64,000 nucleotides of DNA from Trueperaceae bacterium (GTDB lineage Bacteria; Deinococcota; Deinococci; Deinococcales; Trueperaceae): positions 1,472,001-1,536,000 of the forward strand of contig OZ243913.1 of assembly GCA_965213705.1 (NCBI GenBank), in the 5' to 3' direction. This document shows, one piece after another, positions 1 through 10,178 of the stretch. The notes under the pieces were generated by a model. That model was not told the origin of the DNA and did no database searches. It saw nothing but the letters and a program-made list of their open reading frames with translations. The translations under genes and the position numbers were made by a program. The first letter of the stretch is position 1, and the number at the start of each line of letters is the position of its first letter.

Positions 1-340
1 CGAGTTCCGCGCCCGGCGCTACGCGCTCAGCGACCTCTTGGGCGGCGGCGTCGACGTACTGCAGGTCTGCGTCGCCGTTGAGTTTCGTCGGCGTGCCGAC
101 TGCTATCAAGACGACGCCCCGACCCGATAGTTTAGGAATTTCGGTGCTGAAGGTCAGGTTGGGTTTGGCTTTGTTCAACAACTCACCCAAGCCGTCTTCG
201 TGGATGGTGGGCTCGCCGTTGGACAGTTTTTCGACGATGGTCGGGTTTTTATCGACGCAAGTTACGTCGTGGCCCATAAAAGCGAGCGCCACACCCGTGG
301 TCAACCCGACATAGCCGGTTCCGATAATGGTCACGTTCAT
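1..340 (-). CDS. ugd: UDP-glucose/GDP-mannose dehydrogenase family protein (5' part; runs off window)
   Basis: Manual translation from ATG at 340: MNVTIIGTGYVGLTTGVALAFMGHDVTCVDKN...IAVGTPT...GDADLQYVDAAA; Rossmann GxGYVG plus the VGTP motif. Confidence 0.85.
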   Translation of the reverse strand, partial: MNVTIIGTGYVGLTTGVALAFMGHDVTCVDKNPTIVEKLSNGEPTIHEDGLGELLNKAKPNLTFSTEIPKLSGRGVVLIAVGTPTKLNGDADLQYVDAAAQEVAERVAPGAEL

Positions 341-461
341 CTCTCAACCTCAAATCCAGTGTTTGGTCGCCCCACGTCCGGGGCACCAAGTCCAGTGTAG
401 GGCATGGCAAGATGAGAGGGTTTGTTCCTTATCACATCTTTGAAGTGTCGCGGCCGGCGAC

Positions 462-1910
462 CTAGACCGTTCCTTTTTTCTCCGGACGGCTCGGCGCACT
501 CACGGCCTCTCTCAAAAAAACGAACAGAATCGCGAGGATGAGGGTGAGGACGACGGCCAAGGCGGTGTTGAGCGCGCGGCGCGGCGCGACCGCCCCGGCC
601 GGTACAGACGCTTCGTTGAGCAGGCGTGCGTTGCCCGGCGTGATGGTCGTGACGTAGGTGATGATAGGCTCGAGCGCGACCACGTTTGTGTAGGCGTCGC
701 GCGCGTTGGTCAGCTCCAGTTCCAAGCGGTCACGCTCCAAGTTGAGAGCGGCGATGCGGCCCAACAGCGTTTCGACCTGCTGTTGGTAGCCCGTCAGCTG
801 GGTCTCGATGCGGTTTTGCTCCGCGGTCAGACCGGCCAAGTCGACCGCGGCGTCGCGCAGCTCGGTTTCGTTGAGCAAGGCGACGACGCTGCCGGTGAGG
901 GCGTCGTCGCCCTGCAAGCGGAGTAAGGAGGCGAGTCTGGCCCGCTCTTGCGGCGTTACGGTGTCCTGGCCGCTTCCGGCGTTGCGCTCGCTGTCCCCGT
1001 CGCTGCCTTCAACGCCGGCGTCCTCGCCGCTCGCCGCGCGGTTTTGAAGGGTCAGGATTTCGGCCAACGTGTCGGCGCGGGCGCTCGAGCCGGCCGCAAC
1101 CTCAGCTTGTGAGAGAAGTTCGGCGCGTGCTTGCGCCGAGGCCAAGTCTCGCGCCAGGGTGTCACGCCGCTCCTCGCTGTCGGCAATGCGCTCGGTCAGC
1201 CGCTGCAAAAGTGCCGTCAACGTTTCACCTTCGTCGGTGCGCTGAAAGGTTTCAAAGCGGGTTTCGACCTCGCTGAGCGCGTCTTTGCGCCGAGCAATCT
1301 CTTCCTCGGTGGCGGCTCGCACCGGGTCCAAACTGGCAAGGAGCGAGGTTTTGACCGCGTCCAGGGTGCTCGCCGCCCAGGCGTTGGCGAGCGCCGCCGC
1401 TCGGGCGGGGCGGGTGTCGCGGACGCTGTGGGTGACTAACAAGGACGCTTGTTGGTTGGTCTGCGGACCGATGAGCAGGTCGACGCTGCCGTTAAAACCG
1501 CTGCCGACGCCCGTTGCGGGGGTGTCACCGACGGCCTCGAGGGTCGCCTCTCGGACCGGGCGACTTCCAGCTAAGGTTTCGTAGGTCTCGAACGACACTT
1601 CGTTGGGCGGGCGAAAACTGAGGTTCTGCGCGCCCTGAACCTGGACGGGCGGGGGGGTAACCAGGGTCGTACTCTGCGCTTCGTAAACTTTGGGCAACAG
1701 GCTCGAGACCAGAAACGTGACGGCCCCGACCAGCAGCGCGCTGAGCAGGATAACGGGTAAGCCCCGGCGCAGCACGAGGTAAAGGTCGCGCAAGGAAATT
1801 TCGTCTTCGTAACTGTAGCGTTCAGGGTCGCTCAAAGTGCCTCCGCCTGAGCGCCGCGGGCCGAGCGGCACGTCAGGACTGTATCTTGGCTTTTCTTCGG
1901 TAGCCAGCAC
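462..1910 (-). CDS. Wzz/GumC-like polysaccharide chain-length determinant
   Basis: DEISLRDL + TM + PKVYEA near the N-terminus, long coiled coil, C-terminal P-x-x-P-x-x-P-R + TM; directly upstream of ugd. Confidence 0.85.
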   Translation of the reverse strand: MLATEEKPRYSPDVPLGPRRSGGGTLSDPERYSYEDEISLRDLYLVLRRGLPVILLSALLVGAVTFLVSSLLPKVYEAQSTTLVTPPPVQVQGAQNLSFRPPNEVSFETYETLAGSRPVREATLEAVGDTPATGVGSGFNGSVDLLIGPQTNQQASLLVTHSVRDTRPARAAALANAWAASTLDAVKTSLLASLDPVRAATEEEIARRKDALSEVETRFETFQRTDEGETLTALLQRLTERIADSEERRDTLARDLASAQARAELLSQAEVAAGSSARADTLAEILTLQNRAASGEDAGVEGSDGDSERNAGSGQDTVTPQERARLASLLRLQGDDALTGSVVALLNETELRDAAVDLAGLTAEQNRIETQLTGYQQQVETLLGRIAALNLERDRLELELTNARDAYTNVVALEPIITYVTTITPGNARLLNEASVPAGAVAPRRALNTALAVVLTLILAILFVFLREAVSAPSRPEKKGTV

Positions 1911-2070
1911 CCGCTACGTCCTACCGCTGTAACCCCCGCGGACTCTGAACAAAAGGCATTCTTAAACCTCTGCGAGGGGCTGTTCTTTAAAAGCCGTTCA
2001 GAAAAAATTCCCGTCAAAAACCTGCCCGTCGGGAGACTGCTCATGAGACCGCTCACCGAGAAACTGCTCA

Positions 2071-2124
2071 TCAAGAGGCCGGCTGTCAAGAGGCTGGCAT
2101 TCAAGAGGCCGGCGTTCAAGAGTC
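2071..2124. repeat. Degenerate 15-bp tandem repeat (TCAAGAGGCCGGCNT x4)
   Basis: Copies start at 2071, 2086, 2101 and 2116; the last overlaps the stop codon of the adjacent CDS. Confidence 0.8.
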
Positions 2125-3234
2125 TATGTGACGGATAAAGCCCTCGGTCTCGAGCGCGTCGAGTTGGGGTTTGAAGGCGCTCAGTTCGACGCCCAAGTGC
2201 TGCGACACGCTTTCCACGGTAAAGCCTTGTTTGAGCTGTTCCAACACGCGTTTGCCGCCGTTGCCGTAGGCGTGCCGAAACTGGCTCGAGACTTCGCTCA
2301 TGGGGTTGAGCGCGTCCTTGCCCCGCAAGGTGAGAAGGTAACGCCGGTACTCGAAGCCCGCGGGTTCGTCGGGCAGCTGCAAACCGGGGGGCGTTTGGCA
2401 AAGTGGATAGCGGCCGTCTTGAGCGCGCACGGCTGCAACCCGTAAAACGGCGACGCCTTGGCGAACAAACGTGTAGCCTTGCTCGGAACCCTCGAGCCCG
2501 CTGAAGCTCGTCGGTCGCTCGGTGGAGCGGCCGGCCGGCCGGGTGTCGGCGGGCGGGTCTTGGGGCGACAACGCCAAGCCGAGCAAACACTCCAGCAAAT
2601 AAGGGTTGAACGCGCGCGCGTAGAGGCGCGCCGCCGCGTCGGCGGCGTGAGCGCGGCGCAGGGCCCGCAGGGCGGCGGTGTGTTCGCGCACCCGTCCGTC
2701 CTCTTCGTAAAAAGCGGCCCCGACCTCGCCCCCGTAGAACAACACCAACCCCCTGACCAGGGCCGCTTCTAAAGTAAGACAACCTGTAAACGCCTCACCG
2801 CGCAGCTTTTCCAGCAGGGCGGGCAGCTCCGCGGTGCGCGGCTCGAGCGGCGTGAAAAGGCCGAAACCGGGTAAAGCGCGCAGCGCGGCGACCGGACTGG
2901 TCGGAAAACGGCTGCCGACCTGCGGCAACACGCCGGGTTCGTGAGGTTCAAAGTGAAACTGTAAACCGTCGCTGTCGAGCGGGCTGAAACGGCCGAGCTT
3001 GTGGCTCGCTTCGAGCCTTCCGCGGTTGAGCGAAACGAACAAACTGTTGCTTGCCTGCTCCAAGACGAGCGTACCCGAGCACTCCAGCTTTTCCAGGGCC
3101 TCCAGGAGTTCCAAACCGGTGAGCCCACCGGTTTCACCGCGCAAACCGCCGCGTGACTGCGGGCCACTATAAGCTTCACCGCGCGACTTGCCGCGCAACT
3201 CGCCGGGCAAACCCCCCAACTCACCGCGCGTCAT
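2116..3234 (-). CDS. Hypothetical protein, possibly tandem DUF4388/PatA-N-like domains plus C-terminal winged helix
   Basis: Two LLExL...GxLxL...GxxxA-like modules; C-terminal LDALETEGFI; ATG overlaps the NUDIX stop. Confidence 0.6.
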   Translation of the reverse strand: MTRGELGGLPGELRGKSRGEAYSGPQSRGGLRGETGGLTGLELLEALEKLECSGTLVLEQASNSLFVSLNRGRLEASHKLGRFSPLDSDGLQFHFEPHEPGVLPQVGSRFPTSPVAALRALPGFGLFTPLEPRTAELPALLEKLRGEAFTGCLTLEAALVRGLVLFYGGEVGAAFYEEDGRVREHTAALRALRRAHAADAAARLYARAFNPYLLECLLGLALSPQDPPADTRPAGRSTERPTSFSGLEGSEQGYTFVRQGVAVLRVAAVRAQDGRYPLCQTPPGLQLPDEPAGFEYRRYLLTLRGKDALNPMSEVSSQFRHAYGNGGKRVLEQLKQGFTVESVSQHLGVELSAFKPQLDALETEGFIRHIDS

Positions 3235-3662
3235 TGCGCCTCCCGGTAGTGTTTCAAAGCGGCGTCTAAAAGGACTTTGTCTTGTTCGAAGCTGAGTAGG
3301 GTTCGCACCTCCGCCGCCGGCAAAAAACGGCCGTCGGGAAAGGTCGCCTCGCGCAGGACGGGTTGAGTCGCCGTCGTCGTCATCAAGAACCAGGTTATCA
3401 GGCGGTCCTGGCCCTGAGCGTTGGTATAACGAGTAGTGTGAGCAGGCAGGTCCAGCGCGGCGGCGACGACGCCGGCCTCCTCTTCGACCTCGCGCAACGC
3501 GGCTTCCAACCCGGTTTCGCCGGGGTCCAAGTGGCCTTTGGGAAAAACCCAAGTGCCGTTGCGGTGTCCAAGCACCAACACGTTGCCCTGAGGGTCGAAG
3601 ACGACCCCCCCTGCCCCCTCGATGCGGTCTTGCACTTCTTTGAGCTTCGTCACGGAGTCCAT
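3231..3662 (-). CDS. NUDIX hydrolase (Ap4A-hydrolase-like)
   Basis: GAGGVV...WVFPKGHLDPGETGLEAALREVEEEAG Nudix box. Confidence 0.9.
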   Translation of the reverse strand: MDSVTKLKEVQDRIEGAGGVVFDPQGNVLVLGHRNGTWVFPKGHLDPGETGLEAALREVEEEAGVVAAALDLPAHTTRYTNAQGQDRLITWFLMTTTATQPVLREATFPDGRFLPAAEVRTLLSFEQDKVLLDAALKHYREAQ

Positions 3663-3683
3663 GCTAACAAAAAGCGGCACGCT

Positions 3684-5306
3684 TTAGCGTTGCGCGACCG
3701 GGACGCCCTGGTTTAGAAAAGCTGAAATGCCCTCGGCCAAACCTTGAGCCAGCGCGCCCTGGTAGGCGTCGGACCCCAACTTGGGGCCTTCGTCGGGGTG
3801 GGTGACAAAACCGAGTTCGACCAACACGGCCGGTGTGCGCGCTTGGCGCAGTACCTGGAGCGAGAGTTGGCCGACGCCCCGGTCTTTGGCACCCGTCGCC
3901 GTTATCATGCCCGACTGCACCATCTCGGCGAGTTTCCAGCTGTAAGCGAGCTGGCCTTGGCGAACGATGTCGCCCATCACGCTGCGCGCGTCGGTCAGGG
4001 CTTCTTGCGTGATGGCCTGGCCGACGTCACCACCGCCGTTTTCTTTGATAGCCAGGGCGATGTAAGAGTCGTCGATGGGTTCGCCGAACACCCAGGTTTC
4101 GATGCCTTGGGCCTTGCTGCTGGCGACGGCGTTGGCGTGGATGGAGATAAACAGGTTCGTTTCCGGGCTGGCGAGTGTGCCCCGCGCGCTCAGGTCGGCG
4201 CGGTACTTGACGTCGAGTTCGTGGTCGCTGTCCCGGGTCATCAAAACTTCGATACCCTGGCGCTCGAGAAGCGTCTTGAGCTTTAGGGCGACCTGCAAAA
4301 CGACGTCCTCTTCGGCGACGTAGCCTTGCGCACCGGGAAACTTGCCCCCGTGACCGGGGTCGATAACGACGGTTTTTTTAGCGGCTGCGGGCGCTTTGGT
4401 CGCCGTAACGGTGGCTGTAGCGGCTGACACTGACGTCTGGGGCGGCGTCACGGACCCTGTCAGGGGTGCGGCGGCCCCACTCTGCAAGTTAGGCGCGAAG
4501 TCGATGTACAACACTTCCGTGTCGGGTCGCTCGGCGCTGACGGGCAGCAGACCGACCCGGTAGCCCCGACCGTCCGACGCCAACTCGTAGCGCGTGTCGA
4601 CGACGAGGGCCAAGCTGCCGTCCAACTCGGCAAAGTAGAACGCTTTCAAAAAGGGGTCGTCGACTCCTTGCTGAAACGCGTCCGCCCGCAACCCTTCCAG
4701 TTGTACGGCCAAACGGTCGGCCGCGACGAGCAAACGGTACGAAGTGCCTGCGGGCAAGTTGAGGGCCACGCGGCTCGAGCCTTCTTGCAACCCGTAGCGG
4801 GGCGTGCCGACCGTGGCTGGGGGGTTTGGCGCCTGAACCGGTTGCTGGACCGTGTCGACAAACAGTACCCGACTTTCGGCCTCGAAGTCGCTGCGCCCCC
4901 CGAAAGCCTGCACGACGGGGTCGACCGGCACGTAACTAGAGCCCGCTACGAGAATGCCCATCGGACTGTTGCGCACCTCGTCGTCAACCTGGAGCGTGCC
5001 CGCCCTGGTCTGCAACCCCTGTAGGATGTTGCCCGTCGCCTTTAGGGTGACGCTGAGCGTGCCCTTTGAGAAAACGAGCTGTTTGGAGGTGTCGTCGAAG
5101 GCCAAGTCGACGCCCAACGCCTGCGCGAACAAGTCCGCCCTGGCAAAAGCGTCGCTGCTGTTGCCCTGTTTTATAAAATAGTACGGCCCAACCGCAGCGG
5201 CTTGCGCCTGGCCGTCGACCGCTAAAAAATTGTGCTGTTCTTGCGCGCAGACCGTAGCCGCGCTTGCCAGCAAACTCAGGACAAAGGCTGTGATTCGTCT
5301 TTTCAC
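3684..5306 (-). CDS. N-acetylmuramoyl-L-alanine amidase (Amidase_3) with signal peptide
   Basis: VVIDPGHGG, FISIHAN, PAVLVELGF motifs; signal-like N-terminus from GTG at 5306. Confidence 0.9.
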   Translation of the reverse strand: MKRRITAFVLSLLASAATVCAQEQHNFLAVDGQAQAAAVGPYYFIKQGNSSDAFARADLFAQALGVDLAFDDTSKQLVFSKGTLSVTLKATGNILQGLQTRAGTLQVDDEVRNSPMGILVAGSSYVPVDPVVQAFGGRSDFEAESRVLFVDTVQQPVQAPNPPATVGTPRYGLQEGSSRVALNLPAGTSYRLLVAADRLAVQLEGLRADAFQQGVDDPFLKAFYFAELDGSLALVVDTRYELASDGRGYRVGLLPVSAERPDTEVLYIDFAPNLQSGAAAPLTGSVTPPQTSVSAATATVTATKAPAAAKKTVVIDPGHGGKFPGAQGYVAEEDVVLQVALKLKTLLERQGIEVLMTRDSDHELDVKYRADLSARGTLASPETNLFISIHANAVASSKAQGIETWVFGEPIDDSYIALAIKENGGGDVGQAITQEALTDARSVMGDIVRQGQLAYSWKLAEMVQSGMITATGAKDRGVGQLSLQVLRQARTPAVLVELGFVTHPDEGPKLGSDAYQGALAQGLAEGISAFLNQGVPVAQR

Positions 5307-5414
5307 TCTGTAAGAGAGTTTAACACGGTTTTTTTGAAGGTTTGCTGAGAGCGTGCGCGCCGCGCTGGTTGCCCGACGGACGCCCGCGCTAGACCGAGGC
5401 CGTAGACTGAGGCC

Positions 5415-6281
5415 GTGACCACTTCTGCCGGCGACCCCTTTGCCCACAAAGTCTACTTGCGTACCTTGGACGACGCCCTACTGCCCACGCGCTATTCTCG
5501 GGGTGCGCAGCGCCGCGCGGCGCAGGTGCAAGGTTTTTTGCGAACCCTGCAACAGCACGTGTCGCAGCAGCACGTGTCACAGCAGTACGTGTCACAGCAC
5601 GTCGGCGGCCGCTCGAGCCTCGCAGCCCCCACGCTGCTCGTCGTTGACCGCGACGACTGGCGAGCGCTTTTTTCTTACCCTTACGGGTTTCCTTTTATCC
5701 GACCCGCTACCCGCAGTGCGCCCGGGGTCACCGTCGTGGTGGCGGCCGGTTATCCCGAACGCTTGCTGCGCCGCTTCGACGAGGTGCTCATACGCGCGGC
5801 GAAGGCCGGCGTGAGCGCGCCCGGCGACCTGCGCGAGTTTTTGGACCTTCTCAGCGGTTTCGAGTGGGGCCACGCCCTTCTTTACCCGGCGGGGCTGCAC
5901 ACAAAAGCAAAGTGGTGCAACGAGTTTCTAGCGGTTTACCTCTACTTGCTGACGCTGCGCGAGACCGGGCAGGGCGACCTGTTTGAGCGCGTCGTAGCTT
6001 GGGCGCGTTTGGGAATCGTCGGCAGCGGTGTGGCTCAGGCGCCGTTGAGCGCGTTCGACTATCCCCGCCTCAAACTGCCCCTGGACACCCTGCTGTGGTT
6101 TCAGGGCGTGTTCACGCTGCGCGCCGCCGAACTCCTCGACCGCCGCGCTTGGGACTTTCCGGCAAGCCTAGCGGCCACCCTGGACGACACGAAACGGCGC
6201 AACGTCAAACCGACGTTGCTCAAGCTCGAGCCCGGTTTTGCCGCCTGGTTAGACCGCTTCGCCCCCGTTGAGACGCCCTGA
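5415..6281 (+). CDS. Hypothetical protein
   Basis: 288-aa ORF, TAGACT box 6 nt before GTG; FEWGH...NEFLA resembles a degenerate zincin HExxH...E arrangement; internal QQHVS repeats. Confidence 0.65.
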   Translation: MTTSAGDPFAHKVYLRTLDDALLPTRYSRGAQRRAAQVQGFLRTLQQHVSQQHVSQQYVSQHVGGRSSLAAPTLLVVDRDDWRALFSYPYGFPFIRPATRSAPGVTVVVAAGYPERLLRRFDEVLIRAAKAGVSAPGDLREFLDLLSGFEWGHALLYPAGLHTKAKWCNEFLAVYLYLLTLRETGQGDLFERVVAWARLGIVGSGVAQAPLSAFDYPRLKLPLDTLLWFQGVFTLRAAELLDRRAWDFPASLAATLDDTKRRNVKPTLLKLEPGFAAWLDRFAPVETP

Positions 6282-6529
6282 TTCGGTGCGGGCCGACCTC
6301 GGCCGATAAAGTTGGCTGTGTCGTCACCCTCGCTGACTCTCGAAAGGACCGATCCGGGCGTAGAGTTTTGAAGCGCGGAGATTGACTGCGGAAGCCGAGT
6401 GTACGCAAAGCAGAAACGGATAGACCCCTCGAGGCTAGCCACCGGGACCAGCCGCCAGGACACACAGGTTCGCGGCTGGGAAGTGAAAAACCGCCGAGCT
6501 GTCCAGCCGTACCGGACTCTGCGGCGGTG

Positions 6530-8665
6530 TCACAGCTTGTCCTGAACCTCGGCGCAAAGTTGCTGGTGGACACCCCGTAGCGCCTCGCGCCCCTCGTTCG
6601 TCGACAACTCTATCCACTGGTCGGCGGCGCTGAGTTGGTCGACGGCGCGGCGCGTCTCGCACGCCCCCAGGGCGGCTTGGGCGTAAACGAGCGCGGCTTG
6701 GGCCAGCAGGTGCGGCGCAGTTTCCAACGCCAGCAGCGTGTCGAAAAGTTGAAAGGCGCGTTCCACTTCGCCCTCGCTCACGGCGAGGTCGGCGGCGGCC
6801 AGGTAGTGAGGATAGGCGGCCTCGGCGGAGCCGCCCTCTTTGAAGTGATAACCCACGAGTTCGCTTAAACTCAAAGGCGCGTGACGCTCCAACCAAGACG
6901 CCAAGTTGAGGTGCAGGAGGGGGCGTTCGCTAAAGGGAATCATGCGCAGCACGGCGCGCCGCACGAGTTCGCTCTGAAAACGGTACTCGTCGAAACCGGG
7001 GATGAGCGAGGTGGGTTCTTTGAAGACGAGTTTTTCACGGGTGAGTTCGCTCAACGGTTCGGCTTCGTCGACCTCGGCGACCTCGGCGACGAGGTCGTTC
7101 CAAAAACGCTCGCCGCTCAGCGCCGCCAAGGCCAACAGTCGCCGCGCGGTGCTGGACAGCATGTCCAGGCGCGCTTGCAACAGCGACGCGAGCGAGCCCG
7201 CAAAAGAACCTTGCGGTGTGATGCTCAAAGCGCGTCCCAGTTCCAGCAAGTTGGCAGGTACACCGCCGACCTGAAACACCAAAGACTCGGTCGCAACCTT
7301 CAAAACGGGGTTGGCAACCTGCTCGACCAAGGCCAGACTTTCTTCTAGGTTCAAAGGCCTCAGGCTGAGTCGGCTCTCTCGAGCGCCCGGTAAGGACGCT
7401 TCTGAAGCGTCGTAACCGCGGCTTATCCTGAGGAGCAACAGGGGCGCGGCGCTTTCGGCGAGCAGCCGCGGGAACGCGCTGAACGCGGTGTTTTGTGAGC
7501 CGTGCTCGACGACGAGGACCAGGCCTTCGCTCGTCAGCCGACTGTTTACAAAAGCCAGCAGCAGGTCGCGCCACGCCACAAAAATTCGGTCGGCCGTGCG
7601 CCGCTCGCGGCGCGTCCACGGCTTGTCCTCGCCCACCCCGAGACTGTTCAGGATATAGGTCTGCCAACGCGGCTCGGCGGGCAAAAGGTCGGCCAGCTGA
7701 GCGCTCACCACGTGCCGCCACTTCCGCTCGTCGTCGCTCAAAGACAGGTCGAACAGCGCCCCTGCCAGCTGCCGCCAGGTCAGGTCCGTGTCGCTGGCTT
7801 TTTCGTCGACCCAAAGCACTTTGGCTCGCCCCGCGGCGGTCAGTTCGCTTGCAAACTCGCGTACCAAGCGCGTTTTGCCGATGCCCGCCTCACCGACCAA
7901 CCACAGGGTCTGGGCGTGGTTGGCTCTTGTGACGCTCTGAAACGCGTCTGTGAGCTGCCGACGTTCCTGCTCGCGGCCGACGAACCTCAGGTTGGCGTAA
8001 GGGTCGCTGTCACCGTCGGCGTTGGTCGAGACAAGTCTGTAGGCCTCGGTGACGTTGGGAAAGCCTGCCAGGGTCAACCCGGACACCGTCTCGAAAGTGA
8101 CACGGTGCCGCGTCGCCTCGAACGTTTCCGGTCCGACCCAGACCTCGCCGGGTGTGGCGGCGGTCTCGAGCCGGGCCGCCAAGTTGACTGCGCTGCCCAT
8201 CACCGTGTAGTCGCGCACCCGTCCCAGACCGATAGACCCGGCGATGACCACGCCGGTATTGACCCCGGCCCGCCCTTTGAGGTCCAAACCCTTGCTCCGG
8301 CCTATAGCCTCGATAGCTTTGAGACCCGCCCGCGCCGCCAGTACCGCCCGGTGCGGGTCGTCCGAATGTGAGCGCGGCGCGCCGAACAGCGCAATCAGCC
8401 CGTCACCCTGAAACGCGTCGACGTACCCGTCGTAGTCTTCGACCACACCTGCGACGACGGTCAAAATCTCGTCGGCTAGGTCGCGAAGCTGTTCGGGTGA
8501 CCAGTCGCGAGTCAGGTTGCTGAAACCGCTCAGGTCTATAAACACGACGCTGACGTTGCGGCGCTCACGGCCGCTGCCTGTACCCCGCAACGGGCTGCCG
8601 CACTTGCCACAAAAGCGCATCCCGCTCGGGTTGGCTGCAGAACAGTTGGAACAGCGCATCGTCAA
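6530..8665 (-). CDS. Zinc-ribbon + class III nucleotide cyclase + AAA/STAND ATPase + TPR-like protein
   Basis: CSNC...CGKCG; FIDLSGFS, FQGDGL, GSAVNLAARLE; Walker A GEAGIGKT. Confidence 0.9.
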   Translation of the reverse strand: MTMRCSNCSAANPSGMRFCGKCGSPLRGTGSGRERRNVSVVFIDLSGFSNLTRDWSPEQLRDLADEILTVVAGVVEDYDGYVDAFQGDGLIALFGAPRSHSDDPHRAVLAARAGLKAIEAIGRSKGLDLKGRAGVNTGVVIAGSIGLGRVRDYTVMGSAVNLAARLETAATPGEVWVGPETFEATRHRVTFETVSGLTLAGFPNVTEAYRLVSTNADGDSDPYANLRFVGREQERRQLTDAFQSVTRANHAQTLWLVGEAGIGKTRLVREFASELTAAGRAKVLWVDEKASDTDLTWRQLAGALFDLSLSDDERKWRHVVSAQLADLLPAEPRWQTYILNSLGVGEDKPWTRRERRTADRIFVAWRDLLLAFVNSRLTSEGLVLVVEHGSQNTAFSAFPRLLAESAAPLLLLRISRGYDASEASLPGARESRLSLRPLNLEESLALVEQVANPVLKVATESLVFQVGGVPANLLELGRALSITPQGSFAGSLASLLQARLDMLSSTARRLLALAALSGERFWNDLVAEVAEVDEAEPLSELTREKLVFKEPTSLIPGFDEYRFQSELVRRAVLRMIPFSERPLLHLNLASWLERHAPLSLSELVGYHFKEGGSAEAAYPHYLAAADLAVSEGEVERAFQLFDTLLALETAPHLLAQAALVYAQAALGACETRRAVDQLSAADQWIELSTNEGREALRGVHQQLCAEVQDKL

Positions 8666-8840
8666 GTCCTCAGTATCGCCGACTTAGCCAGTCGCCGCCC
8701 CCTTCTTTAGGAGGAGGCGTTCAGGGGCACAAGCGCACCCGCCCAATCTCGTATAACCTACCGGCATAACCTACCAGCCTCGTACAACCTAACGGCCTCG
8801 TATAACCTAGAAGTATACGCGGCTCTTTGTCACGACAACG

Positions 8841-10178
8841 TCAAAAACCCAGCAACTGTGCCGGGTCGGTCCAGTCGACCCGGCCGTTTTTAAACCAGCC
8901 GGTATGAAGTTCCAACACGTCGGCTGGGATAAGTACGCCGCCGCCCAAGTAGCCGATAACCTGTCCCTGGGCAACCGCGTCGCCGCGGCTGACCGGCGAC
9001 CCCGACTGTAAGTTGACGTAAGCTGTAATGAGTCCGTCGGCGTGCTGAAGCTGCACGACGTAACCCAGGTTCGAGCCGGCGAAGCCCACGTCGGCGACGA
9101 CCCCGGGCTGCACGGCGACGACCCGCGCCCCCGGCTCACGCGCCTGCAACCTGACTCCCGCGATGCCTTCTTGCCCAAAAGCGCTGACGAGTTTGGGCGT
9201 GTCTACCGGGTAGGCGTACCCCGAAGCGAGCGGCGGCAGTTCCAGGGTGGGGCTGGGTTGCGGCGTCGCGCTCGGCGCGGGTTGTGAGCGGGGTGCGTTG
9301 CGTTCGGCGTTGCGGTTGCTGATGGCGGCCAAAGCCCTGGCTTCCTCGGCCCGGCGTGCCGCCTCGACAGCGCGCGCTGCCTCGGCCCGGCGCGCCTCTT
9401 CGGCCAGGCGCGCTCTTTCTTGCTCGAGGGCGGCGGCTAAGTTGCCGAGCCGCATCTCCAGAGCGGTTTGCTCCTCTAAAAGCGACCCTTGCAGGGCGAG
9501 TTGCCCCTGTCTCGTCGCGCCCAAGTCGGCGATGAGGCCGTCGAGTTCGCTGCGTTTCGCCTCTCTTTCGGCCGCGTTGGCGCGTACTTCTTCCTCTTTG
9601 GCGCTCAGCTCGGCGCGTTGGGTTTGCTGGACGGTTTGCAGCTCGAGCAGGTCCGCGACCGCCGCGTCGAGTTCGTTGATGAGGCCGACGTCTTGCTCGC
9701 TCAGCAGGGACAAGTAGTAGTTTTTGACCTGCAGGTCGTGGTAACTCTCCGCCCGGCTGAGCACGTCGCCAAAGCGGTTGCCGCGCTGGGCGAACAAGTT
9801 GAGCAGCAGGCCCTGCACCCGCAGTTTGAGCGCGTCCAGTTTGCGGTCAAGTTGGGTGATGCGTTCGGTGGTGGCCTCTATTTGCGTTTGCAGCGCCGCC
9901 AAGTCGGCCGCAAGCGCGGTGCGTTCGGTTTGCAAGGCGGCGAGTTCACTGCTGAGCGCGTCGCGTTCGGCGAGCCGCGCCTCCAGAGCCGCGCCCGACT
10001 CGCCCAGGGCCGCGGCGATGTCGGCGGCGTCTTGGCGGCGCTGCTCGAGCAGCGCGTCGTAGCTGCGAATTTCTTGCTCGAGCTGTTGCTGCGTGTCTTG
10101 TTGCTGCGTGTCCTGGGCCAACGTCCCGAAAGGTAAGCTCAAAAAAAAGAGCGAAGCAAAGACCGGCAAGCGCTTCAT
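8841..10178 (-). CDS. Murein hydrolase activator EnvC-like (coiled coil + degenerate M23 domain)
   Basis: Signal peptide MKRLPVF..., long coiled coil, C-terminal M23 fold lacking Zn ligands; start overlaps the ftsX stop. Confidence 0.8.
   Translation of the reverse strand: MKRLPVFASLFFLSLPFGTLAQDTQQQDTQQQLEQEIRSYDALLEQRRQDAADIAAALGESGAALEARLAERDALSSELAALQTERTALAADLAALQTQIEATTERITQLDRKLDALKLRVQGLLLNLFAQRGNRFGDVLSRAESYHDLQVKNYYLSLLSEQDVGLINELDAAVADLLELQTVQQTQRAELSAKEEEVRANAAEREAKRSELDGLIADLGATRQGQLALQGSLLEEQTALEMRLGNLAAALEQERARLAEEARRAEAARAVEAARRAEEARALAAISNRNAERNAPRSQPAPSATPQPSPTLELPPLASGYAYPVDTPKLVSAFGQEGIAGVRLQAREPGARVVAVQPGVVADVGFAGSNLGYVVQLQHADGLITAYVNLQSGSPVSRGDAVAQGQVIGYLGGGVLIPADVLELHTGWFKNGRVDWTDPAQLLGF

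Noticed and set aside
6331..6360. c-di-AMP (ydaO) riboswitch-like start CGCTGACTCTCGAAAGG
   Set aside because: The remaining conserved blocks are missing and there is no downstream co-oriented gene.
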